Origin: Octopus bimaculoides
Taxonomy: Eukaryota
Direction of reading: 5' to 3'
NCBI RefSeq assembly: GCF_001194135.2
Contig: NC_068997.1
Location: 31,255,629 to 31,297,825 of the forward strand
Length of the DNA: 42,197 nucleotides
Position 1 is the first letter of the stretch, and each line of letters opens with the position of its first letter. Shown piece after piece: positions 1 to 11,299 of the stretch. The position numbers and the translations under genes are program-made. The notes below the pieces were generated by a model. It worked only from the letters and a program-made list of their open reading frames with translations. It searched no databases and was not told the DNA's origin.

Positions 1-497
1 GTTTGCTCTGCTTTCGCTTACATTTTTTCCTCCTTGTGTTCTTTCTGTTCAACTTTTGATAGATCCGTGTGGCGCAAGGCACACTCTGTCTCATATATAT
101 ATACATACATACATGCATGCACACACACATATATACATGCATACATACATATATACTACTAACATTTTCACCACAATACTGATGCTTCCATAATTATTTG
201 TGACTGAGAACTCCTCCATTTTTGATGCATAATTTGCACCAGAATCCATACGGCAGAATCAGGTAAAATGCCTTACACTTCACACAACGTCACAAACTAC
301 ACATGATAACTATGAATACACTTTCAATCATTTCAAACCTATTTTCTAAATTCTTTTCAAATCCTCACACTGCGCGTCTCTTTCCTGCATTCTTCGATAT
401 GCCGCAGTTGAAGACGAATGTTTTATTGTATCAGTCTCACTAATCTCAGAGGACCTGGTGAAGTCCAGGCATATGACCCCCTTCCCCAGATGAGACA

Positions 498-772
498 GCG
501 TTTTTAACACGTCTGGTACCTTCTCGCAATATTCAGGCTGTTCCCACATGGCGTGACAATCTAAATAAGGACGATATGATGAGAGGAATAAATGAGAAAA
601 GAAGGAAATTAGATGCAAATGGTGGAAGGTTGAAAAACTGAAAAAAGAAAACAGGAAAATTAAAGGTGAGAAATACAGTTATGCCACTTTTGACTTTAAA
701 GTCTTAAAGCTGAAAGACAGTGGCCTAGAGCCTGCGGTACAGCTCCTTAATCCGGAGAGGGTGGTACATTCA
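498..772 (-). repeat. Left arm of a ~270-bp diverged inverted repeat (probable inverted PLE pseudo-LTR)
   Basis: Its reverse complement (gtaccaccctctccggattaaggagctgtaccgcaggctctaggccact...tatttagattgtc...attgcgagaaggtaccagacgtgttaaaaacgc) aligns colinearly with 1818-2080 (gtaccaccctcttcggatcgagcagctgtaccgtagactctaggtcact...tatttagactgtt...attgcgagaaggcaccaaacatgctaaaaaaaacgc). Confidence 0.85.
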
Positions 773-782
773 ATATCATAGA

Positions 783-1760
783 CTTGGCTCACCCCACTTC
801 TTTTCCTTGATGTTACGACTAACTTAGGTAAAAGATTCCTGTCTACAAATATTTCTCCAGAAAATCAATGACGCAGAAGCTTATGCAACAAGGGCACACA
901 GGCGCGGCTGAGAGGTAAGAACCTTGCTTCTCAACCACATGGTTTCGGGTTTAGTTCCACTGCGTGGAACCTTGCTCAGCTGTCTTCAACTATAGCTTTG
1001 TGACGGCCAAAGCCTTGTCAGTGGATTTGGTAACGGGAAATGGAAAGGAGCCCGTCGTTTATTTATGTGTGTGTGTGTGTGTGTGTTTGTGTTTGTGTCC
1101 TTTATGTCTGTATTTCTCTCTCATTATCACTTGACAACTGGTGTTGGTTTGTTTACGTCCCCAGCTCAACAAAGAGACCGACAGAATAAATACTACGCTT
1201 AAAACTAGGCACTGGGAACGATTTGTTCGACTAAAATTCGTCAAGGCAGTGCTCCAGCATGGCTGCAGTCAAATGACTGAAACAGGTAAATGAGGGAAAA
1301 AGTAAGCCTCCAGCTAAATCACCATAGATGTACTGCTCCTATACGAAAAGTGTCATTACATGCAAACACCTACAAAAGCCTACTCCTAGTTGTAACTGTG
1401 GAGATCCAGGAACTTGCCCACTTAACCAGCTATGCATGGTTAAATCGTTCATGTATTAGGCAGAAGTTACAGCAACACTAGATAACATAACCGAAAAGAA
1501 GATCTACATCGGCCTATGTGAAAGCCACTTCAAAAATATATATGCTAACCACATATCTTCCTTCCGACACAGGAACAAAAGGCAGGACACTGATTTAGCT
1601 AGCCCACACGGAGTTTGAAATCTAACGATACACCACATGCAATAAAGTTGAAAAGTGCACACCATATGTGAAAGGATAAAAAGAAAAGAAAGCTATGCGT
1701 AGCAGAAGGAACACAAATCCTTTCCAGATATAGAATTCTACCGCACTGCTGAAATCCAGA
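783..1760 (+). mobile_element. Degenerate Penelope-like element, C-terminal linker + GIY-YIG remnant, interrupted by a SINE
   Basis: Frameshifted motifs: W..P...V.TNLGKRFL (~785-845), CNCGDPGTCPLNQLC (1391-1435) and KIYIGLCESHFK (YIG at 1505-1513), followed by NH.SS-FRHRNK. These match the CNC..CPL..C / YIG..E..FK.R..NH type of PLE endonuclease. In-frame stops present. Confidence 0.75.
892..1292 (+). mobile_element. tRNA-derived SINE (octopus-type), full length
   Basis: Pol III A-box-like ggctgagaggt and B-box-like ggtttcgggtttagttcc at the head, an internal (TG)n, and a 3' tail aaggcagtgctccagcatggctgcagtcaaatgactgaaac. Matches the recalled octopus SINE architecture. Confidence 0.85.
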
Positions 1761-1817
1761 TCTGAAATTTTCAGTGGTTGTAAACGTATGCATAAATTTC
1801 TAATGGGGAATTAGAAA

Positions 1818-2080
1818 GTACCACCCTCTTCGGATCGAGCAGCTGTACCGTAGACTCTAGGTCACTATCCTTTAAATCTTATGACTTTACGGTCAAAGGG
1901 TACATAACTCTAATTTTACCCTCTTGCTTTTTTCTATTTTTTTTTTCGTTTTCCGACTTTTAAACGTCCCACCTTTTTTCATTTTCTTTCCTCTTCCTAT
2001 TATCCTGTATTTAGACTGTTATATTATGCGCGAATAATCTGAGAATTGCGAGAAGGCACCAAACATGCTAAAAAAAACGC
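1818..2080 (+). repeat. Right arm of the inverted repeat; 3' pseudo-LTR/UTR of the PLE remnant
   Basis: Homologous in inverted orientation to 498-772. Lies directly downstream of the GIY-YIG remnant and shortly before an (AT)n/(TACA)n tract. Confidence 0.75.
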
Positions 2081-2183
2081 GGACTGAACTGTTTTCATTG
2101 CATGAAGCTAATAGTAGCTCATAAAAATATATATTGTGTTCATTGAACAATATACATTTATCTAAAGACACATGCATACATAC

Positions 2184-2252
<69 letters not shown>

Positions 2253-2341
2253 TATCTACATATAATTACACACACATATAGCAGTGTATGTATGGGTTTT
2301 TGCGCATGTGTGTGTTGTGTGTGTGTTTACATGTGTGTGTA

Positions 2342-3466
2342 CAAGGATGGGCTAAAATATCACAGTTTGACTATGAAGGAGTGATGCTAGAACTGCGAAA
2401 TTTCGCACACCTCAATTTAAGTTACTCTTATTAATAACTGTATTGTTTTATTCCCGGCAAATTGACATGTTACTATTCAAAAAAGACTTCAAAAGTAACG
2501 CGTAACGACATGTCTTGAAAATAGACAACATTGGTATCATGGTGTTAGCAGGTAACTGTAAGAAAAGGGTTTAACTCCCAATGACATTCATGTTGACTTG
2601 GCTACTACATTAGTAGTTACTACTCCAGCTTAATCAAAAGTGAAAAAGCAGTCGACTGAATTTTGGAGGGGAGGGCAGTATCAATGGAAAATGCTATTAG
2701 CATATCCCATGAGCGAATTTAAAATATTCTACACAATGAACTTAGTACGTCTTCTGACACATCATCAAAAGTACAACAGGCTGATGCTGATTGTATCACA
2801 TGAAAATCTGACATTGTGTAGAACAGACCATTCGGTTTCCTTGAACGTTCGCTGAGTCATGATGAGTGTTGCGCCATCGCTTTGAGCCAGAGACAGAAGG
2901 ACGATTAATGCTCCAACAAAAGCCAAGGTCATTTTCTTTGTAGGGAAGGAGACGGCCTCATTTTTCTTTTTTGGGGGATACAAAGACATTGTGTTTATTG
3001 ACTATTTTAAAAAGTTCACACCATCAGTGGTATACCAACTTGCTGAGGAAGTTACGAAAGGCTAGCATGACCAAATACTCAGGCAAACTAATGAAAAGTT
3101 TCTTTGTTTGTTGAGGACGGTACTCTAAGAACCACATCTTTCGTTTCAATAGCCTTCTGATTGTAGTTTTGAATTGGCTGATCACCTTCCCTATTCTTCT
3201 GACTTGTCCCTAGCCGACCATCATCTGTTTTCAACGTGAAAATCATTTGGCTAGGAACCAGTATCGTAATGATGATGATGATGATGATAATGTTTCTGCA
3301 GGTAAAAACATTTTAAAGTAAAAGGATGAAATCTTTTTCACTAATTGTATCCAATGGAATACGTGCGTAGACAGCAAGGGGGACTTTACTGAAAAATAAA
3401 GATTATTTGGTAACATTTCATGAGAATATCTTGGCAAAACTATGAACTTTACAGCCAACATCCACG
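2342..3466 (+). mobile_element. Degenerate mariner (Tc1/mariner) DNA transposon
   Basis: Imperfect TIRs (caaggatgggctaaaatatcacagtt vs reverse complement of the right end cgtggatgttggctgtaaagttcatagtt) with TA at 2340-41 and 3467-68. Transposase remnants: ISISHERI*NILHNEL, FEPET, K.KVI...GK.ASF...DIVFIDY, HLPYSSDLSLADHHLF. Many frameshifts and deletions. Confidence 0.85.
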
Positions 3467-3513
3467 TACATGCACACACACATAAACACACACACACACA
3501 CACATATATATAG

Positions 3514-3563
<50 letters not shown>

Positions 3564-3574
3564 CTGCTAAATCA

Positions 3575-5300
3575 CTATGCTTGTGGTAAGGTTTGTTTGC
3601 CCTGGTTGGACAGGCCTTCTGTAGTGCCACACATCACCTATTTCCATGAATCTTTGTCATCTCTGAGTGTAGCATCTTCAGAACTGCCTTCACTACTTGA
3701 TTTCTCTTTTACACAGGCTCCACTAACTTGGAGTACTTGGCATTTATATGTAGCAGCCATTCTCCCTACACATCATATGTCCATATCATTTTCAGACTCT
3801 TCATTTTCATACAACACTTGATTGATCTCATGCACAGCTATTCTTTCTTAACTTATTTGTACTCTGGCGTCCATACACTAACATTGCATATCCAGTGGAG
3901 TATGCTAGCTAAATTTCTTTCTTATCTTTGAAAATCTTCTGCATTCATGGTTCATATCTTCTTAATATAGAGCATTACAATTTTAAAATACGAAACAATA
4001 TAACTTCTACCCACGAGGGAAAGACTTCAGTTGCCAGTTGTGGTTGTTGTTCCCTGAACTTTCTCCATCCTGGGTACTATATTTTTCAGAGGAACCACAT
4101 TCATTGCTAATTCTATCACGTAGGTAATAATAGCCATAGACTAATTTCAGTAAGTCATTCGGACATTTAAGAGAATGTATTCTTCATCTGCTCCATAATG
4201 CATTCTTTCTCAGTGCTTCTGTTAGATATGAAGATCACCTTCTTTGTTAGTCTGCCTCTGATTCCACTAAACTATTGCCAATAGCATACAATGGGTACAA
4301 CGTAAAAGGAGTTTATACCTATTCCATATCTGCATATTGGGCCAGGTCATTTCTCTAGAAATATCAGGGTCCTCTTTAGCCTCTTGCAAAGACTTCTGCC
4401 TCTGCGAAGTTTACCTTAAAAGCTCTCCATTTCAGATTATTAGCTTCCACACCTGAAATTTCTCTTCTAATTCCACTATAGGTTCAGTTGTAAGAACTAA
4501 CTTATCATACAGGATTTCCAATGTGCAGCCAATATTAAAGTCGTAAACTTCTTTATGATTGCCTATAAGATTAAAATGGATAGAAAAGGATTGAGGACTG
4601 AGCCTTGTTGGGATCTTACCTTAATACTATATTCATAATTAGAATTACTGTTGACTCTCACTTTTAGTGTTTCTATGTCTATAGCTTGTGCAGCACTAAT
4701 AAACCAGTTTCCCAAGTGGCAATCAAATTACTGAATGTGGTACAATATGTAAAACACCTTCAGAAATGCGAAGAAAAGTGATTTACTCATACGAAATATT
4801 TCTCATGCATTCGCATCCCTAGAAGGATTGCATACATGATACCTCTTCTAAGAATAATGTGAAACTTCATCTCATCTAGGTTTACTCTCGACATAAATAG
4901 TGCTTTGACTCTCTCTGAGACCTTCTTAAAGTTATGTAACAGTCTGATTCCTCTACAATTTCTGCTATCCAAAACATTTCCTTTGCATCTGTAGCAGTTT
5001 ATGATGTTACTGTTGTACTAGTCATTAGGTCTGATTCCTTCCTATATGACTTGACAAACTCTCTTGGTGGTAATTATGTGTCCCACCTCACTTGATATTT
5101 TGAGCTTATCTCTGTAACTCTTCCTGATGATCCTGTAGTTTCCCTCTCAAGTTCTTAATTGGTTTGTCTACCATGCGGCTGTCAACTTGAATTGCATGTC
5201 CTCTTACAAGAGGACATGCATTAGTTCGTCCTTCTTTATCTTCTGCATTCCCCGCATTAGTTCGTCCCTTTTCAACTTTTGCATTCTCCGCATTCAACAG
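3575..5300 (-). mobile_element. RTE-clade LINE remnant (RT to 3' end), pseudogenised
   Basis: Minus-strand motifs AIQVDSRMVDKPIK, EGIRPND*..IINCYRCKGNVLDSRNCRGIRLL, LDEMKF...AILLGMRMHEKY and QQGSVLNPFLSI (~4610), plus a C-terminal GRP..TW-type region near 3600-3800. Confidence 0.8.
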
Positions 5301-5319
5301 CCTCTCATAAAGTCACTTT

Positions 5320-5520
5320 TATGCCACAAATATATTGGGCTATAACTCTTTCCTTAACTTTCATGACCTAGCCTAGCAATTTGATACTCTGTAATTGCTT
5401 ATCTGAGGCATCTGCTTTATACTTGTGGCAGCTGACTATAATGCTGCTACATTATTTATTGGGAACGACACCTTCTTTTGCCACCTGACTAAATATAGAT
5501 GTAACGAGGATGTATCCTAC
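5320..5520 (-). mobile_element. Second RTE-clade RT fragment covering the same domain as 4900-5070
   Basis: Minus translation LVTSIFSQVAKEGVVPNK*CSSIIVSCHKYKADA...VMKVKERVIAQ parallels the segment already present at 4900-5070. Confidence 0.7.
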
Positions 5521-5769
5521 TCCACCAAATTTTCAAAGCATTCCAGCAGCGATTCCAAATAGACCACCGGTATTAACCTGAACGTGTAATCTGGATATAG
5601 TAACTGCAGGTTTCTCAATAGTTCAGTGTAAGTATTCTCTTTTTCACTGATCTTCAGCTTTATGATAACAACTGCTGGGCAGCTTGATTTCCAAAACTGT
5701 ACACAGTTTCTCTTCTCTATCCCAAATCTGGATATAGTAACGAATTTTCAGTTTATCTGCTAATTGTTT

Positions 5770-7290
5770 GCATCGCAGAAGCGCCTATCACTGCTATGGT
5801 TAGAAAGGTATATCACCTATGTTTTGAATGCAAGATTGGCGACCAGGATAAGAAGTGGGCTCCTCACATGTGTTGCAACACTTGTGCCAGTATCCTTCAC
5901 AAATGGTTGATCAGGGAAAGGAAAGGAATATCTTTTATTGTACCAATGACGTGGCGAGAGCCAACAGACCATACAAACAATTGTAATTTCTGCATGGTAC
6001 TTCCAGTGAAAAAGGGCTTGTCAAAAAAGAGTCCTATAAATATCTAAACATTCCATTAGGTATGCGCCCAGTTCCACGTGGAGAATGTCTATCTGTTCCT
6101 GATGCACCAACTTCCATATTCTTCGAGTCAGATGAAGAAAGGGCTGAGGAGGAAGAAGAAAAGTATGACAGTGCTGGATTGCAGAGTGACCAAACTTTTG
6201 ATGAAACACACTCCTCCAGATCACTTCTCATAACAACGGGAACTCCATGGCCTTAGCAAGAATCTATTACTACATGAGAATAGGGCAAAGCTGCTAGGCT
6301 CTCGTCTTCAACAGTGAAATCTTCTAATAGCTGATGTGAAGATTTCAAAATTTCATGACCGTCAGCAACAGTTCAGCAATTTCTTCATAATGGAAGGTGA
6401 TTTATTGGCCTGCAACAATATTAATGGTCTGATGGAAGAACTTGATATTGAATACTAACCCAGTCACTGAAGGCTGTTCATAGATTCATGAAAATTTGCC
6501 TGAAAAGTCTTTTGTTGCATAATGGCAATAGCAAACCTTCAGTTCCTGTGGACTATGAGTCATATATGAAAAAAGCATATGAGAATATAAATCTTATGCT
6601 GTAATGCATAAACTATAGTGAACATCAATGGCAGCTCTGTGATGACTTAAAGGTTGTTGCTTTTGTAATGGGCTTTGAGAACGGATACACCAAAGTACTA
6701 TTGCTTTCTGTGTGAATGGGACAGCTGTGCAAGAGGTTCGCACTGTATCAGGAGAGACTGGCCACCTTGTCAATCATTGAAACTTGGGATGAAAAATGTT
6801 CAACTTCCACCTCTCAATAAGCAAAGCAAATTTTTGCTTCCATCACTACACACAAAACTGGGGCTCATGAAAAAATTTGTAAATGCCTACCCCACTGAGC
6901 AACGCTACGATAAAAGTGGAAGTCTTCATTGGTCCTCAGATTTGAGAGCTTCTTAAAGAATTAATGGAAAACCTCATCAAATCTTACAAGAACATGGGAT
7001 GTAACATGTCACGTTAAATCCACGTTTGAGACACATTTAGACGTTTTTCTAGCGAACTGTGGGTCAAGGGTTTCACCAAGATATTTCAACCATGGACACA
7101 ACGGTAACAGGGCAAATGGAGCAAAACTGTACGTTATAATAAAATAATAAAATATTACATGTCGTGCATTTTTCAGCCTATAGCTAATAAGCATTTTTTA
7201 AGGTGATATTTGGATTCAGACATGAAAATACATAAGAATTAACTAATTTCATTTAAGAAGCACACAGCTTTTCAAAAGTTGACAACAGTT
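5770..7290 (+). mobile_element. Degenerate CMC-superfamily (Chapaev3-like) DNA transposon
   Basis: KVYHLCFECKIGDQDKKWAPHMCCNTC...VPMTWREPTDHTNNCNFC (5796-6047), RPVPRGECLSVPD, YCFLCEWDSCA and LLPSLHTKLGLMKKFV (6675-6956). A right-end-like ...aaaagttgacaacagtt lies at ~7290; no left TIR found. Family assignment is from recalled motifs. Confidence 0.65.
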
Positions 7291-7295
7291 CGTGT

Positions 7296-7367
<72 letters not shown>

Positions 7368-7399
7368 GTCTGTGTGTGTCTGTGTCTGTGTGTGTGTCT

Positions 7400-7530
7400 G
7401 TATGTCTGTGTGTAAGGCTTATCTCAAAATCTTGAACTTCAGAGAGGTGATTAAAAGCTTGGACAACATGGAAGAAATTATAGAGAACCAGTATGACTGG
7501 TGAGATGCAGTTCTCCAAAAGACATACCAC
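7400..7530 (+). mobile_element. Short RTE-like 3'-end fragment
   Basis: Reads LKILNFREVIK...NQYDW*DAVLQKT, like RTE C-termini. A related piece (ttggacaatatggaggagatt) lies on the minus strand near 40160-40185. Confidence 0.4.
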
Positions 7531-8760
7531 CTCAGTGAAACGGTGTTCTTGTAAAGTTGTGTATGTATATCTATGTTTAACTGGGCCTTTCACCCAATTT
7601 CAATTCTCTTCAAGGCATCCACTACATTCATCAGCTCCCTAACATTAGTTCTTCCTTGATACCACTTTTGTTTCTATCCAGAATAAATCCACTATTTATC
7701 CACCCTTCATCCTTTAATATTGTTCTTTCCACCCACACTTTCATTCATCACTCCCACCCATCCCACTATGCCATCAAATTATCTCACCACCACCACCACT
7801 ATACCTGTCACCCTCTTCTTTCTCTTCACCGCTCACTCCTCAGCCTACTCAACAGCATGTCATCTCTCTTGTCTTTTTTACTGTGCTATTTGTTTTTTCC
7901 TGTCGTTCTGTATTGTAAGATATCTCCTGCTCCCCACGCATTTCTACCAATCTTTTAACCACAATGTCCTTTCTTACACCTCGTAACCCCTATCTTTCAC
8001 CATTTTCCTTCTCCACTCGTTCACCTCTCTCCTTTGTAACAACGAACTTGTTCTGCTCAAACCATTTTCGCTCATACTTTACCGCTTTCTACTCCTAAGT
8101 CTACATAAAATTGTCCTACCTCGGGATGCATAGTCTTTCAAGATGCATGATGAACTTTCTAGTTTTCCATCATACTAAAATGAAGACTACTACACTGGCC
8201 ATAATAATACAAAAAAAAACAAAAAATAGAAGACTTCTTTAAATATATGGAGTATGGTTTCTGGAACTATCAATAAGAGATAATGTAGACAACTCTACTT
8301 ATTGGAAAAATAGTAGATGGCTCTACCAGAATGAAGAGTAATAGTTTGGCCCTCCACTATATAAGATAGTAACCTGCTGTACCAATGTGAGAAAATATAT
8401 AAAAATATTTATAAAAAGGATATACAGCATTCGTTTTATACAAATCCATTGATGAAATTTTCAACAAACCATTCATCACAATTCAGGCAAATAGAACAAA
8501 AGAAAAGTATTTAAAAATTTTAAAAGACTTACTCTATTCTTGTTGGTAAAACCATCTAAGGCAGATTTATTTAGGAACCTGCAAATTGAATAAATGAGAA
8601 AATTCCAGATTAATAAAGTGAATTTGTCATGATGAGTCTAGAATCTAATATTTCAGTATTTATCTTTTAATTGAGAATGGAGAATATAAGTGTTATGGAA
8701 GGATTCTGACCACCTCAAGTGACTAAAAGTGTACTGACACATTTCTTTAAAATCAACAAC

Positions 8761-9470
8761 TGTCGAGTTGACAACAGCAATTGACTGTGACCAGTTGATA
8801 GAGGGTGTTTAGTCTCATTTAGCAGTAATAGTAGCGCGTCGCGTGAATACTTTCTTTTCCCCCAGCTTCGTAAAATTATTTACCCAACACCAGGATATAG
8901 AAGTGGCGACGAGATAGTCGAAGCTTGGGTTTAAATGTTTTGGTACGGAACCAAGGAAAAAAACGTTAACATAGAGGACTTATTGGCCTGCGTGGTGCAG
9001 TTGCACCAGTAACAGCAGCAACAACAACTGCAACAGCAATTACAACAGCAACAACAAAACCAACATTTACTGGAGTTAATATTGAAGCAGTCTGAAAATA
9101 CTTCGCCAGAGAGTGTAACAAACTCCATTGGAGAGTTTAGTTATAATCCAGAAAAAGGAACTACCTTTTCTGTATATTTTTGAAGATACGAAGAAATCTA
9201 CAAAGAAGAATGTAAAAGTTGGTCTGACGAGAAAAAAGTAAGACTACTTTAAGAAAGTTATTCACTGCTAAACACGAAAAATATATTCTGCCCAAGAAAC
9301 CAAGTGAGATTTCTTTCGATGAAACACTTGTTTATCGAAAATTTTCCGTGAAAGAAGTTCCCGGTTCACTACTCGCTTGCAGTGTCTAAATTTGCTAAAA
9401 ACAAAAAATAAATAAATGAAGACTTCATCACCTATGTTGGGGTTGTTAACAGAGATTATGAAAAATTTTT
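8761..9470 (+). mobile_element. Ty3/Gypsy LTR retrotransposon 5' remnant: putative short LTR, PBS and gag
   Basis: TG start at 8761 and PBS-like tggcgacgag at 8904-8913. The gag-like frame reads EDLLACVVQLHQ*QQQQ...NSIGEFSYNPEKGTTFSVYF*RYEEIYKEECKSWSDEKKVRLL...ILPKKPSEISFDETL...EDFITYVGVVNRDYEKF. Truncated at ~9470. Confidence 0.75.
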
Positions 9471-9577
9471 TTTAGGGGGAATCGCATGACCGTGACATGT
9501 AGAACACATTATCGAAAACGAAAATCGCCAAAATTAAAAAATAAAAAAGTTACAGCCATTTCCCTCAGTGTCTAATT

Positions 9578-10172
9578 CAAACTCCCAACCCACAACTAAG
9601 TCTTAAGTGCATATATATGTGGGCAACACACACACACACATACACACTAAATAAAAACATGTTAGTAAGTACAGAACTTCAGCATTATATATTAAGATGG
9701 GCAACACACACACACACACTAAATAAAAAAAAATTACAGGTATTTGTATGTATGTGTGTACTAATGTGTCTATATATGGTAGTAAGTAAATGCGTTTCAA
9801 GAAAGATATTAAAAAAATTCAGTTTGTAAGGAATAAATGTTTGACTGTCGATCGTATTTGGAAGAGAATGACAGATGTTTGTATGTATGAGTGTGTGAGT
9901 TCAAATTCCGCCGAAGTTGAGTTTGCCTTTCATCCTTTCGGGGTCTAAAAAATAAGTACCAGTTGAACACAGGGGTCAATATAATCGACTATTCTCCACC
10001 TGCCCGAAGCCGCCGTTGTGGGAAAAATTTTAAATAATAATAATAATAAATAAATAATAATAATAATAATAATGACCTCTGCCGATCAAACTCCCAACCC
10101 ACAACGAAGTCTTAAGTGTATATATATATATGGGCAACACACACACTAAATAAAAAAGATGTTAGTAAGTAA
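9578..10172 (+). repeat. Local direct repeat of ~90-100 bp (9578-9672 and 10087-10172), unclassified
   Basis: caaactcccaacccacaac(t/g)aagtcttaagtg...gggcaacacacac...taaataaaaa..atgttagtaagta occurs twice, with a partial third copy at ~9697-9730. Confidence 0.8.
9895..10020 (+). mobile_element. 5'-truncated SINE fragment (second octopus-type family)
   Basis: B-box-like gagttcaaattcc, then gttgagtttgcctttcatcctttcggggtc...aagtaccagttg...ggggtcaatataatcgact, followed by an (AAT)n tail. Confidence 0.7.
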
Positions 10173-11299
10173 AAGTGTTTTAAAAAAGATTGTTAAATTT
10201 TCAGATTAACACCCGTACGATTTTCACTANNNNNNNNNNNNNNNNNNNNNNNNNNNNNNNNNNNNNNNNNNNNNNNNNNNNNNNNNNNNNNNNNNNNNNN
10301 NNNNNNNNNNNNNNNNNNNNNNNNNNNNNNNNNNNNNNNNNNNNNNNNNNNNNNNNNNNNNNNNNNNNNNNNNNNNNNNNNNNNNNNNNNNNNNNNNNNN
10401 NNNNNNNNNNNNNNNNNNNNNNNNNNNNNNNNNNNNNNNNNNNNNNNNNNNNNNNNNNNNNNNNNNNNNNNNNNNNNNNNNNNNNNNNNNNNNNNNNNNN
10501 NNNNNNNNNNNNNNNNNNNNNNNNNNNNNNNNNNNNNNNNNNNNNNNNNNNNNNNNNNNNNNNNNNNNNNNNNNNNNNNNNNNNNNNNNNNNNNNNNNNN
10601 NNNNNNNNNNNNNNNNNNAGTTAATTTTAGAGGGGCAAAGTAATTTTGTATGTACTTTTAGTATCTGTCATTACAGTATCGAAATGTGATTTGATAATAC
10701 TGAAATAGTTTTCTTTTTCTCCTTCCTTTATTTTTGTATTTGTTGTTGGATTTTTCGTAAAGGCTCATAAGAGAAAGTAGGAGCTGAAAGGATTTGTATT
10801 AGAAAGAGGAAATTAGATTTTATTAGGGAGAAAATGTTTACTTGTGTAGTTTTAAGGATTTTATTCGCTATTAGGAATTTTTTAGAGTGAAAAAATGACT
10901 CAGTGACCTAACTTATTGTATTTAGAATATTAATTGCGATTTTTAATCGAAGAAATTTGGAATTGTGTAAATGTATGAATTTTAAACATACACACACACA
11001 GAGAAAATCTGCCTTTTATAGTATAGATATTAGGCGTAAGATATTAACGGTACATGGAGCAAACACAACGCTTGGAGAGATAACGTGGGGCACACAGTAC
11101 ACTGGAAAATCTTTTGGCATAATTTATTACTATTTACACATATTTAATTTCCTAATACGAGTTGCCAAGATAAACAGGGAACAGGAATATATAAGAATTC
11201 TCCTATTAGAAATTCTTCAGAAAAAGAAAGTAATACAAAATTTTATTTGGATGAATCTTTAATATACAATTAATGTGTGGATGTATGTGTGCAGATATT

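Noticed and set aside
346-618. 90-aa minus-strand ORF with an apparent splice acceptor (tatttag), as a host exon
   Set aside because: It overlaps the inverted-repeat arm. The paralogous arm at 1818-2080 does not keep the frame, and there are no partner exons.
892-960. tRNA-like heads at 892-960 and 39933-40010 as tRNA genes
   Set aside because: No complete cloverleaf or acceptor stem; they continue into SINE bodies.
5588-5741. 17-bp direct repeat aatctggatatagtaac (5588-5604, 5725-5741) as a TSD
   Set aside because: The enclosed 120 bp has no TIRs, tail or recognisable element; probably a small local duplication.
7620-8760. Pyrimidine-rich and AT-rich segments with short ORFs (7656-7958, 7720-7986)
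   Set aside because: Low-complexity translations with no motif I can assign; possibly unrecognisably old LINE debris.
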